Below are positions 50,877 through 63,170 of a DNA stretch of 64,000 nucleotides, piece by piece (position 1 is the stretch's first letter; every line of letters begins with the position of its first letter). The notes below the pieces were generated by a model, which saw nothing but the letters and a program-made list of their open reading frames with translations, did no database searches and was not told the DNA's origin. The DNA is from Botryllus schlosseri (Eukaryota): the NCBI GenBank assembly GCA_051294905.1, contig CM119372.1:17176001-17240000 (forward strand). The letters run 5' to 3'. Position numbers and translations under genes: made by a program.

Positions 50877-52605
50877 TAGGGATGGTGTGCACGTTCGCGT
50901 TCGGTGTGTGAAATTTGTAGGTTCGCATTCGCAAATGAACCTTGGTAGGTTCTACACCAGAGGCAGGCAACTTCTCCGGTCGGCGGGCCTGATATTGGAA
51001 ATGAAGTTCTTGGCGTGCCGGATTACAGAATCGAAACATTAACCGCGTATTTATCCACCTATACAAGGAATAAATCGTATTGTATGTAAACTTCAGGTTT
51101 AAAACATATAGAGACAAAAAACAGTATATTTATTGAATTTATTACCATATTATACTTCAATAGCTGTTGAAGTCAATCAGACATCTGTGGCCGATCAAAG
51201 TTGTCAACAAGTTCTAAGAAATCTGGCTACATGTCGGATGTAGAAACCCTTAGTAAAGACTGGACGTGAACATCAGTTATATTAGAACGCAGCCTTGTCT
51301 TGTTAATGTTTATGGCCGAAAATATTTGTTCGCAAATATATGTGGACCCGACAGAACAAGTAGTTTCATGACCATCTTTCTCAGGTTGGCAAACTTGGAT
51401 TCATGCTGTGACGTATAAAATTTGTCAATACTTTCAGATTAAGATTTCACTTTCACGGTAGAAACTCTCTGAGGGCCGCTCAAAATCCCTTGTTGTTGCG
51501 CCCCCCTGTTCTACACTATGAATCTATTTCGTATATTACAATTCTTCACGTCATTATAACATCTTTGGTCTAATTTTCAACTTCGGACCACATGCACCCT
51601 CTGCATGAGTCTGGCAGCATGAAAAGAAACTCAGCACTAAACCTGCATGAACCTTGCCAATTTCAAAAATTGTATTTGCTTTGTTAGAAAAGTTCGCTCG
51701 AAATATTCAGCTTCCATTTTTGAATATGTGGTGACTCGTATGATGTGAGCCGCAGTCACACAACATCAAGATCGTAATATCATAGTGTCCGATGGTGTGG
51801 TGGACACAAGCAAATCTCACGGCTTACTGCGATTGTTTTGAGGAAGATGTATGTGGGGTTAATGGTGCTTGATTACTATGGTCTAGCGCACCAGACCACT
51901 TCGAAAATAATATATCCACCAAAATTGTTTTGAGGAAATACCTGTAGCAAATGTAGAAACCGTTTTTTCACCCCGATCAATATAAATGTAGCTGGCGCCG
52001 AATACATCGTCCGGTCAGACCTATGCCATTAAGGCGTAAGCGTATCTTCCCTTGCTATAGTCTTCGTCGAAATTGTTGGCAAAGCGACGGAAGATATTGA
52101 ATTTATGTAATTTTTATAGCACGTTATTGTTCCAGTTGATACATTTGGTGATGCTTAGAAATTCAGCCTGCACTTCAACAATGTAACAAAATGTGGGCTA
52201 GTGGCGAGATAGCGTAGTGGTATAATCCAGAGCTGCAACACCAATGGCTTGCGGGTTCGAGGCTCCTCCTCTCCATCTCATCCGTGTCGGCGGTATCTTA
52301 TGAACGCCTAAAAGTGGGCCGTGCTATACAAGCCCGGAAATCTACAGAATACAAATGAAGAAAATTGGCCTAGTATAAATGACCATATTAGCCTAGTCTA
52401 CAAACACCATGAATGCCACAACAACGACAACAACAACGACATAATGTTGGCTGAGTCATCGCTAGGTATTGTTTACAACTGTACATAAATACATTACTTC
52501 ACGGAAATGCAGGGTTAGAATTAGCAATACGCGTTCACATAGAACCTTTCAAAAAAGTCCACGTTCACACAAACCAGAAACTTTCAGGGGTTCACACCGT
52601 CCCTA
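50877..52605. mobile_element. Old hAT-like element with GTTCGC/GTTCAC motifs
   Basis: TIR tagggatggtgtg/cacaccgtcccta with degenerate TSD aaaactga/aataccga. Confidence 0.6.
52201..52441 (+). mobile_element. tRNA-derived SINE family A (internally deleted)
   Basis: Same head and body as the other copies, with a (caa)n tail. Confidence 0.8.
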
Positions 52606-52634
52606 AATACCGACTATGCTCTTACCACTTATTG

Positions 52635-54051
52635 CAGTGGTGGGGAACCTTTTTCGACCGAAGAGCCATATTGACCCAATATTTCCATTTCAACTCCCGA
52701 AGAGCCATACATGTCAACTGTTACGTCACAATTGAAAAATCGTGACGTCATGGTCGCACAATTTCAAAATTCCTACATGGGATTCGTCATTTCCACCGTA
52801 TTTTCTCTGTAAAAACTCGTACCGTACTAGTCATGCTGGTTGCCTTATTTGAGTAATGAGTATGCGAAACTTGTGTTACATAGATATTTTTCAAGTTATA
52901 TATTTCAAATTGTACTGCACTGAGAGGGATATGATATTTTTCAAAGCTTAAAACAATTTACATTTAGATTTCCAACAGACGTAGACAGCAGTAAAAGTAT
53001 GAATCTACTTTTTACACGCTTTTTACAGTTAAAGCGTCTTGTGGCGGTGTTTCATGGTATTACTGATGGCTTTGTAGTCTGCTTGTTGATAATTGTTGAT
53101 GTTATAAGCTTCATACAAAATTTGAAACTTCCGTCAGTGGTACGAGATCGTAGGTTCGTCTTGGTGCTATTCTTAAATGCGAGGTCCAATGATGACAGGG
53201 CGTAGGTGGATCCAAACATGGTCACTTTACATTAGTATACATACCCACTATAATGTGTGATGCGTCAGTGAGGTGGGGTCAGGGCTGGCACGTAGGGCAG
53301 TGCATCACCTGTCTACTAGATTTTGAACATTTTTGCTACCAAAATGACGCAACTTGTCAATTTATTGTTCGAAAATAAAGCGCGACATGAGAGGTGAGGC
53401 ATAGCTGAGGCACGGCCGGGCCATACCTTAGCTGCGATAGCGCAATTAATCGAAAATATCATCAAATTTATATTAACTGATATTAATAGAATGTAATTGT
53501 CGCACTGATTCCGATTCGACTTTTCAATTCTCAAAAATTTCGGCGGTAACATTTACATAGCGTTGAGCCACACGCCTACATTTTAACAGCGACTACAAAG
53601 CTACGTTATCCATCAAGAACGTGGATAGCTATGGCGTTGTTCGTAATTTGGATTTGTAATTGTGAATGTCACCTCCACAGCAGTTCATTTCTGGCCGTAG
53701 ATCAGAAAGACAATGAGTATTTGAAAACTGCATTGTGATACAGGCACCGCCATGGCGGGTACATCGAATTCGGGAATGATGTTGATCGCCGGCGCGACAG
53801 CAATTTGAATTTGAGGACTTTGAAAAGGGGGCCTGAGCTGAGACCTCAACCCTGAATACGCCACTGTATTAACTTCTCAAAGACATGTTTATACTGCCAC
53901 AGCAAAAATTATACTGGTCGTGATGAAGATTTTACAACAAGTTGATGCAATATTGATAAATTAGGCACAAAATTAAAAATCTCGCAAAGAGCCATACCTT
54001 ATGCCCAAAAGAGCCATATTTGTCTCGCGAGCCATAGGTTCCCGACCACTG
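52635..54051. mobile_element. hAT element
   Basis: TIR cagtggtggggaacc/ggttcccgaccactg, gagccata subterminal motifs and TSD acttattg. Confidence 0.87.
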
Positions 54052-54159
54052 ACTTATTGCATGGTTATAGCCTCATTACTCCCGTTCCCAGGTCGTGCCT
54101 GTTTTGCGAAATTATGCGCCACAGCTAGACACTGATTAAGTTTCATCAATTCGCTACAG

Positions 54160-54180
54160 GTTGAAAAGATCACAATAATT
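54160..54180 (+). CDS. A2M/TEP 21-nt microexon
   Basis: ctacag|VEKITII|gtaagt, in the same position as the 7-residue microexon of vertebrate A2M just before DP. Confidence 0.85.
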
Positions 54181-54299
54181 GTAAGTATGATTTAAGCATC
54201 CCCGTGGCATCGATATTGGATTTACTTTTAATGTGTTTGACTGAACCACTGGTTTAAAAATTACTGAAAGCTTATCGATATTGTTATGCGATATCTGAG

Positions 54300-54465
54300 G
54301 ATCCGGAAAACCGACAATTGATGGCACTTCAAGACAGGCAGCCGAGTTTCGGATTGGTGAGCGACAAGTTCGAACTTATGGCCGAGACTACCCTAGGCGA
54401 ATGGGAAATTGCAGTAATTGTCGCCGGCAAGACGTATTCCACCGGATTCAAAGTAAAGGAATATG
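54300..54465 (+). CDS. A2M/TEP exon 6
   Basis: DPENRQL...GLVSDKFEL...LGEWEI...FKVKEY. The frame requires a GAG acceptor. Confidence 0.9.
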
Positions 54466-54530
54466 GTACTTAAGGACGTGATCGATTTTGATGATGTGTA
54501 CGCATACGAATGAGCTCTGCATTTTCGCAG

Positions 54531-54615
54531 TTTTACCAAAGTTCGAAGTAATAATCACGGTCCCGAAATTTTTGGATCCCGAATCGGAGCCATTTCCTGT
54601 TAAGATTTGTGGCAA
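54531..54615 (+). CDS. A2M/TEP exon 7
   Basis: VLPKFEV...VKICGK signature. Confidence 0.95.
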
Positions 54616-55355
54616 GTGAGTTCCAGAGTTCTAAGATATTTTACTCCCGCATGCCAAGACTGTATTTCATACCTTGTCATTCAATGCAGATTCCCGGTGA
54701 AACTATCTTGACTGTATTCGGCCACATGTCGCAGAATTTAGTGTAATTTGATGTCCCCTAGAATGTTTATTCTACACCCCTACCCAATACACCTTAAACT
54801 AGATTGGCTAATGCAAGAAAATTGCAAGTTGGTTGTGTACGTACATGTGTAGCTCGCCGAGGACCCACATGTATAAACTATCACCATTCTGGTTTCGTGT
54901 CACAAAACACCTGTTGCATCTCCAGTCCCCACGGTGATGTACAATTCGATATCAATGCGTGTGTGCGATTTATGAGTTAAACCGCCATTCAGCTGTGGTT
55001 CTCTCGTGATCACGTCAGCCTTCATCCCTTTTTGAAAAAGTCACCCATGTAGTCGGCAATCATTTTTGTTGCTACTCCAAACTCCTCAAGCGCATTTGAA
55101 GGCATATGTTGAATGTTTTGTCCATGTAGTTGTAGAATTGTATATCTTGTGCCATTCGGAAACTTACACGTATGAAAATATTTATTATTCCTCCAACCTG
55201 CATATGCATTGCATATAAGTATAACATGAATGCATGATAAATAGAGTAGAATATGTGCTACATTGGACCATAATATATCGCCATTTCTATTTTGCCAATG
55301 AACAACTTTCAAATTTCTCAAAAGCCTATTCGAGCTGTGGAAATTCTTGGATCCA

Positions 55356-55695
55356 GATCTAGATAGCGTAATGGTTAAGCGTCCGGCTTCTTGATCGGTA
55401 GGTCGTTGGTTCGATCCCCGGCCGGGTCAGACCAAAGACCTGATTAGTAACACTGGTATCCATGACTTCCCTGCTTGGCGCTCATGCATTACTGGGATAG
55501 CATGGAGGGGTGGTGCAAGACTTCGAAAGCCATACAAGGCTATTTCTGCACCTTCCTTGTGCAGCGGCGTATGCATATCATGCACTCATGGTATGCATAT
55601 GCACAGATCGTGTGTATGTCTATCGTGAGTCGGTGTGTATGTCGCAAAAACATCAAGGACAAAAATAAACTACGTCCTTTCCTTTCCTTTCTTCC
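55356..55695 (+). mobile_element. tRNA-derived SINE family B (Meta/MESC-core-like)
   Basis: A box tagcgtaatgg and B box ggttcgatcc, followed by core ggtcagaccaaagac...cttccctgcttggcgctca and a (ccttt)n tail. Confidence 0.78.
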
Positions 55696-55719
55696 TATAA
55701 TATCATGGTTTCCTTGCAG

Positions 55720-55819
55720 GTATACATACGGTGGTCCTGTAATCGGAAAGGTCAATTGCGAAATAGCTGGACCTACTCCATATACAGGCTTTCAGGGAAT
55801 TCAGTCATTTTCGGGTTTG
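55720..55819 (+). CDS. A2M/TEP exon 8
   Basis: YTYGGPVIG...FSGL matches A2M YTYGKPV.G...FSGQ. The donor is at 55819, or alternatively 55823. Confidence 0.9.
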
Positions 55820-55873
55820 GTAGGTGAGGTGCCATACAGTATTGGCAGAGTCAATTTCTCCTCTCATTAATAG

Positions 55874-55994
55874 CGCACAGATTCGAATGGATGTGTAGTT
55901 GTAATGGGAGATCCAGGAACTCTCCGCTTTCGCTACAGCCACTTCAGTTTTCAAAAGTTGAAGGTATCAGCAACCGTCGAGGAAGCGACAACAG
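55874..55994 (+). CDS. A2M/TEP exon 9
   Basis: TDSNGC...LKVSATVEEATTG. The acceptor is at 55874, or 55881 if the 55823 donor is used. Confidence 0.82.
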
Positions 55995-57010
55995 GTTTTT
56001 GGACATTTTCATTTCCCATATCAGAATTCTGCACACGCACTTTGCGCACGTAATCTTGTGCCGAAATACCTGGATATCGTGCTGATGGCATGGTCAAAAT
56101 ATATAGATGATGCTAATTGGTTTCTATACTATACCTTTTCGTGAAAAAACTCATTTTCCAGTTTCAAAATTCGATGTGATGTGTTTACTTCACAGATTTA
56201 CTGCGCACATAATTTGCCGCGCAGACATGATATAATATAGTAGCTATCGAAGGCAGGCGGCATCACAAGCAATGCAAAACTGAATTTCAAGAGATTGGGT
56301 GCTTTCGGGGCCAATATTATAGTCGGTCTAACAGTTTCAAATTCGTCATTCGCATATGTGAGCAAATTTACCGGTAGCAGATCTGATGGAACTGGTTTCT
56401 TAGAAAAATTTGTGGGGCATGGAATATTTCATGCCACACGGTTAGGAAGACTATTTATGAGGGCCTCGTGGTTTGACTTCTGGCGGGTCCATTGTTATTA
56501 TTTACTTTGTTGATGTATGTGCCAAGGTTTTCTCGCCAACGATCTTTCTGGGAACGTACTTCGGCAAGTCGCATGTTGTCTGATACTTTATATGACTCGG
56601 TATGTCCTGGCGCGAAGATGACTGGCGTCGAAATGTCTGTGCCTGATAGGCCCTCACATTCCTAGACAAAAGCATCCCAACAGCCTCCACCTGTCTGAAG
56701 AGATAACTAGGAATATACTGTTATCTCATATTTGCGAATATATTTAGGCTCAGTTCTGTATATCACATGCGTAGCTATTTTCATTTTGTTTCGGGAGGAG
56801 GGCACCAAATTAAAATCAGGAAATCTGACACTAAATCGCGCGAAGTGTGAACATAAATCTGAACCAATCTGTCCAAACCAATTTACGAAAGAAACGGGAG
56901 GGATCATGATCATTTCCTGTCTCCCCTGGTTACGCATTATTTTTATGTTTCATATTATTCGTGTGACGAGTATGATTTTCGATATGTTATCAAATTCCAT
57001 CCGATCACAG

Positions 57011-57123
57011 GCATCCGGATATCTACGACTAACACGGATTGTAAATTGACCGAAGAACCATATATTATTGAAGTTGATAAACCAAATAGCGGATTCAAGC
57101 CTGGGATTCCGTATGAATTTGAG
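57011..57123 (+). CDS. A2M/TEP exon 10
   Basis: ...PYIIEV...FKPGIPYEFE|gtaag. Confidence 0.9.
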
Positions 57124-57137
57124 GTAAGCAATGATTA

Positions 57138-57986
57138 CCCGTAATTTTCCATGTATAATGCGCAAAATTTTACCGATTTTTTGCCCTAAAATAGGGGGGG
57201 TTGCGTATTATACACGGGTACAGCAAGCCTTGATAAAGTCTCCCTCCATCAAGAACTTGAAATCACACCTTTCTTCATGTTTGTTTCCAATCGCGCATCA
57301 TCTCTATCCATCGTGCCCCGTAATTCGTATTATAGAATGTAACGCGCTGCCAAATAGAGAAGCGTGTTGCCAATTAACGAAAAGCGTGTTGCCAATCGAC
57401 GAGAGTCTTCTGTACAGTACGCGATCAGGCGATCTCTTGCTGAGTTAGTTTGCCGTTTGTACGCGAGCGAAATTAGATCGCTGATTGCTACAAGCGTGCG
57501 CGGCAATCCTTGCTGATTCATCGCGACATCGACAGGCCTTAACAATTGCATACACAAGAGGCCATGTGCGCAAGATATAATCGCTTGCGTAATCAGTCGC
57601 ATCCCCAACAGGACTGGTGCGCCCGACAAAACCGTTGGCCTGAGCAATCGCATCGGTAATTGTAATAGGCCTCGTGCGCAAGATGTCGTGTGTCGCTGGC
57701 TTGAACTATTGCGTCGCCGGCCTCGCAGGCTTTGGCTACAATCTACTCTCGTTTAGAGACAATGCCGTTAATTGTATTATGATTAGCGGTCGTTATGTCA
57801 TGATTGTGCGACAGTGACATCGCAAAATAGAACAACATCGTGTACTAAAACACAACTATTCAGTATTCATGTACTGCGAATGCACGGTGCGTACTATACA
57901 TGGGTACAGGCTTTTTCCCAGAATTTACACGCCATTTTAAGGGTGCGTATTATACATGGGGGCGCACTATATTCGGAAAATTACGG
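57138..57986. mobile_element. Tc1/mariner-superfamily (pogo/Tc2-like) MITE
   Basis: TA[(c)ccgtaattttcc...gaaaattacgg]TA with repeated cgtattatacac motifs; inserted about 14 bp after the exon donor. Confidence 0.8.
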
Positions 57987-58093
57987 TACTTTCTCGTTTT
58001 TTTTGAATGGTTATATCTGTTCATTACAACATGCGAGTAGGAAGCGGGTAAGTTTCGTTTCCTATTCCTTGTACAATGTACATATGTAGTGCA

Positions 58094-58650
58094 TAGGGTT
58101 GTGTTCAAAACAAAAATCAATTAAAAAAAAACATGTTTAGAAGAAGGCCCTTGTTTTAAAGATGTTTTTTTCTATGCCATGACGTCACACATATTCAATG
58201 GTGACGTTATAGTGGATTGATATTCACCATTAAAAATATAGGGTAAATATAGCTCCTTTGACGAAATAGGCGTCTAACCCCTGTCATATACGGACCCAAA
58301 ATATCTTTAACCAGGACTACATCGTCATGCAGCATCTTTACGGTCGGCGGTCATCATCATCAGAACATTCAATCCGTACCAATGATTTATTCTATATCTA
58401 CGTACCGTAGTTGTTGAACCGACTATATCGAGGGATCAAACCATCCCATATCGTAAACGTCGGCTATATCGGGTGGTAATCGACGTCCGTAGGCTCATGC
58501 AATATGTTTTTGGAAAGTATTTACACAATTATGGCATAATTGGCAAACTCAAAAACACCCATTTAAAAAAAGGCAGTTGTTTAAAACACTGTTTAAAACA
58601 GGTTTAAAACAAAGTGCTTTCAACAACCATTTGTTTTAAATGCAATCCTG
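58094..58650. mobile_element. MITE with TAGGGTT terminus and TTTAAAAC motifs
   Basis: Imperfect TIR. A truncated paralogue at 44633-44980 lies inside GTAATC copy 4. Confidence 0.7.
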
Positions 58651-59053
58651 AATGTATGCAGATTCTTTATGACACCCAGAAAGCGAGGCGATCTACAGTC
58701 ATGAATGTTTTGCGTGTCTGGTCTTCAGGAACCATCTTCTTCATTGGAGTCGAATTCCGGCTCAGATAGAGTTAGCCGTGTTAGTACATACATCGGCAAT
58801 ATTAGACCATTTAGGAATTGTAAATGATCTTTGCATTGAACACATCTCCCCGATGTATATAATGCAAACATATTGACTCAGTTATTAATTCCTGAGCATA
58901 AGTGCCTTAAATATAAGTTTGCTGTAATGAAATTGAACCCTAATTCCCAGCGGCAAAAGTTATCAATAACATGGAAAGACATATTCCAATACATTTCGGA
59001 TTATGGTAGATGTTATTCAGTAGGCTACATGTTAATATGCCTATATATTTAAG

Positions 59054-59239
59054 ATATTCTATCACAATGCTGTTGGTATTGCTCTACCCGGAAAGGAGAT
59101 TGCAGTTCGTATAACTGCCACGTTATTACACGGAGACGCAGTCGAACCTGAGCTAGTTAAAGATATCACCACTGACGAAGAAGGCATGGGTGTAGTGTCT
59201 CTTCCTACATCAAGAGAGGACAAAAGCTACCACATTGAG
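59054..59239 (+). CDS. A2M/TEP exon 11 (MG4)
   Basis: G.ALPGKEI...TTDEEG.GVVSL matches A2M G.PIPNKVI...TTDEHGLVQFS. Phase 0/0. Confidence 0.88.
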
Positions 59240-59371
59240 GTAGGACGGACTGGAACCCCAAAAATGTCGCTAAGATAATTTATTAGGTAGTCCTATATCC
59301 AAGAAGTTGAAATAAAAATTGAGGAATTCTAGCAAATATTAACATCATTTCTTTTTTCATTTTGCATAAAG

Positions 59372-59460
59372 GTCTTTGATCCAACCATTCCTCCCAGAAT
59401 CCATTGGTGGAGCAGCATAGACAAACCATTGACTCGTTTCGTTCGAAAGCTAGTCTGGGA
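59372..59460 (+). CDS. A2M/TEP exon 12
   Basis: aag|VFDPTIPPRIHWW...VW ga|gtgagt. Phase 0 to 2 bridges its neighbours. Confidence 0.7.
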
Positions 59461-59530
59461 GTGAGTTGATTATATTCCTGTGCAGGGCACGCAATCTTGC
59501 TAATGAGGTAGATTACTAATTCATTACTAG

Positions 59531-59690
59531 GATTGAACAAGCGAACAATGAACTTCACTCATACATCAATTTTAACCGGTTCAAGAAGACTCAACTACAA
59601 TGCGGTCAGCAAGTTGGTGTCCGTGGCATCGCCATTATTACGAGGAGACAAACTGAGAGCAGCCTTATCATCCCTGATCTTTTTTATCGG
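59531..59690 (+). CDS. A2M/TEP exon 13 (MG5)
   Basis: HSYINF...LQCGQQV...LFYR|gtgagt resembles A2M SFVHL...LPCG...FYYL. Confidence 0.82.
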
Positions 59691-60959
59691 GTGAGTCGCA
59701 GTGCATTTGTGCAGCATTTGTGCATTAGCTATAATCGGATTTACCAAATTTGTTTCCGGAGTATCCAACCAAAGCATTTTTCGCTTCGTATTACTTTACG
59801 AATTTCCCTAGAAAAGTCGGGTACGCGTGACACAGTTCTAAGCTTCTAACCTCTGTACAATATGGTAGGCTACGCATGGCCGCATAAAATCGTACACTTA
59901 TATCTTAATACTTGCTTCTTCAGCCAAACGACGTGTAACCCAGAAACTTCTTTTGTGATCTGATTATTCGAATGATTGTCGCAGTCGGCGGCTCACAAAT
60001 CACAATAAAGAATATCGGCCTCGTGGAAAATAACCGATGCATTCGTATGATAGGCCTACTGAAAAAATTTGTCCCGCTTGAAGTTGTTTGGATCTGGAAG
60101 TCGTTACATCTATTTGTGACTGCGTTAAACATCATTGCATCTTACGCAAAATAAGGCTCCATCATTACACTGAATTCACAGTGGTATCTCCCGAAGTACG
60201 CTAGTCGAGTATGTATATATAGACCAGTGCTTTACAACCTTTTGAGCACCATCCGCACTTACTTTGCATGGAGAAATGTCATCCGCGCAAACCAACCGAA
60301 ACATCTGAAACATCTCATTTAGTTTAACGATTTAGGCCATTCAGCGTATGCCAGCCACTATACACCCACCGTGGAAACAGGTTTTGATAAAGTAGTATTA
60401 ATAACGCAATAACGTAATAATAATTCACAACCGCTGATGCGAGACAAAGTTATTGCAAAAGCTACGGTTATTCGTGCGCCACTACGACTAAAGTTACGTA
60501 ACCAGTGTACTTAAATTTTCTGTAAACATTATTTGAATCATTCCACGTCAGAAAAAGTAACAAATATGCACGATTTTCATCCGCACTCATCCGCACCATG
60601 TTTGCCATCCGCACTGTATTTATTTTCCTCCGCACAAGTGCGTACTATCCCACATACTGAAAGGCACTGAAATAGACCATGAAAAGTTTAATATAGGTAT
60701 GGAACAGCGTTCATTTCTACAATTTATAGCGGGAAGTCTGAATGTTATATTCAAAAATTTAGAACTGAACATTGATTGTAAAGCATCTCCGAATGAAAAT
60801 CGTGTCATCATTCTATTTTCACTCTATCACGGGGAGAACATTGTTGCACATCTGTTTCCGAAATGTAAACGGGCCAAATCCACCAATCCATGAGGAAATA
60901 TATCCCAGCAGTGTACAATGCCAAACATATATAGAAAGGTAGTACATGTAACAGGATGC

Positions 60960-61115
60960 CATGTATCCTCTTTACGTCGCCTAGGCCGGGTGGATGCTGT
61001 CTGATCTCAAAGACTACTCCAAGTCGTTTCGACACCTTCGTATCATTTCATGGTATCGCAGTCTTGTGGTGTTTTGTAATGATGAGATTTTAATAATAAA
61101 CTGAACTGAACTGAA
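60960..61115 (+). mobile_element. Non-LTR retroelement 3' end
   Basis: Matches 18403-18519; aataaa is followed by (actga)3. Confidence 0.75.
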
Positions 61116-61805
61116 GTTCTCGGACATAGCCAGAGGTGGTCAAAGTAGGTAATGTTGGGGCTGATAGAAGTAACGCCGAAATTATACAACGAGTAGAAAT
61201 ATCGAATTCCAAGACATGTCAAAAATATTTCAAATAGAAGAAGAAACATGAAGATTCGAATGCTCAAAACTACTGCGCAAATGCAATTGTCCCTAATTTT
61301 GTATAGCACCCGCCCCTTCTAGTCCGGACGCCCCTGGCCCTACAAGCGAACATCGCCACTCTCTTTTTCAGTAATAATAATGATAATGAAGACTTGAAAA
61401 ATGCTCAAGTAAGCAGTTTCAAAAGGTAGATTTGTTCGAGACAGCTCACAATTTTGGTAGCCGTTAGAAGGTGGTTACTGTCATAATCTTCACGACTATA
61501 GTGCAAAATGACTACTAATGTATTTACAAAACGGTGCGATTTTCATAAATATATTCAGTTGTGGTGATGCAGAGGTTATCCCACCGAGCCTTTATGATAA
61601 TTTCACTCGTGACCATGATGGAAACATATCCCAAAACTATTTTCTTCTTTACAAAATCAAAGCGTGAAACGTAAGTAGTTTTATCCAAAAAACTGCCAAG
61701 TAAAGAAGGGGAAGTAGTCAAACACACAAAACCATTTGAAAAAGTAGTGCAAGTCCGCATAACATACTGAAAACGTTCTCGACCACATCCTGATATGGCC
61801 TAATA

Positions 61806-62253
61806 TAGGCTTACCATATTTTGGAAATCTAAAAAGAGGACACTTTTTCAGAAATTTGAGTCTAGCAAAACCGGAGAAGAATTCTCAAAAACCGGTGAAA
61901 TTTTCCCACTTTGTGATCGGTTGACTAAAAAAAAAAGGTCATCCTTTCCGCTCAGAGCTCAAAATACCGTTTTTCTCTCCACATTGCTAGGTGGATGACT
62001 AAAAAAAAAAAAAAAGGTCAACTTTTCGCTCAGAGCTAATATCACCGTTTTTCCCTTCGAAATACCCGCCGTAGCGTCACTTCTGTGCTAATTTACGACA
62101 AAGCACTCGCACTTTGCTCTAAATCTGACCTAAATTTTCAAAAACGAGGACAAAATCTCAAAAAAGAGGACTAAAGGGCGTCCTCCGAGGACACTTTCAA
62201 AAAAGTCAAAAAAGAGGACAAATCCTCTTAAAAGAGGACGTATGATAACCTTA
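61806..62253. mobile_element. MITE with AAGAGGAC subterminal repeats
   Basis: taggcttaccata/tatgataacctta termini with an internal tandem gactaaaaaa..ggtca unit. Confidence 0.6.
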
Positions 62254-62713
62254 CCTGTATGAATGGGTGTACTTAGTTCATTTAAACACCAATTGATCTA
62301 GGTGTAGAAGAATTACATACCTGAAAGTGGCGCCGGGATGATGTGGACTCCGCGGTATGGTTAAAATCTGGTAAATGCACATATTACCCTCCCATTAATT
62401 AACACTGCATAATCCAGACCGACTAATAGCACTTCTAAAGATAAATACACCAAACTATTTTTATTGCGCCGTGATTTAGGAACCACAATGTCGGTTACAG
62501 TTGGGATCGTCAAGACTTTAGCCACACAAAATTTCAAATTGCCGATAGCAAGCCATTACATCTAAGGTTTTTAAGTTTAAGTAGGCATGCTATATTCATA
62601 TCATAATAAAGATACGTATCGGTAGATACGTTTTATACCGGCATGATGCCGATAGATTCCTTTTAGGTTATACTGAGTAAGAACAGTGACAGCTATTTCA
62701 CATTTTTGACAAG

Positions 62714-62878
62714 GTGGTGAGGATGTATTCGATTCTTGATCACGGTACCGCAAGTACTACCATCGTGTCATGCTCCAACGATACTTACGGAGAAGACGAG
62801 GACTCGGAGATTATGCAAACTTGTCGAGTAGACTTTGTTGCAGAACTGACGACGGATGGATGGACTTCAGATGTTACC
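62714..62878 (+). CDS. A2M/TEP exon 14 (gene continues beyond window)
   Basis: acaag|VVRMYSILDHG...CRVDFVAELT...|gtgaga, in the position of A2M IMAKGGIVRTG. Confidence 0.65.
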
Positions 62879-63170
62879 GTGAGAACATTTTTTAGGTTGC
62901 TATTACGGTCACGCTTTTAGATAGATATAGTATGGATTGATATCTTGTTTTTTCGGCATATTGCCGAAACGAGCATATGCTCTTCACTTATTTCCGTTAA
63001 CCAACTATATTGAGAAAATGTCGAGGAATGAACTTATTAGAATAACTATATGCGTGCATGAATATATTATTATATATAAACAGAATATTTAAAATATATA
63101 AACGTAAGACCTTAGTAGCTTTCACACTCTATTTAACGTCCACTTGCGAATGAATATAACTTTATTAGTT

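Noticed and set aside
55356..55430. tRNA gene
   Set aside because: The stems are imperfect, it runs into a SINE core and tail with no oligo-T terminator, and a paralogous fragment lies at 46835.
56608..56642. Second hammerhead-like motif (cgaagatgactggcgtcgaaatgtc)
   Set aside because: It lacks an intact CUGANGA box and a stem I; at best a dead relic.
56732..57049. ORF containing FREEGT as the missing A2M exon
   Set aside because: There is no donor after the motif, and 55874-55994 supplies the homologous exon with the correct phases.
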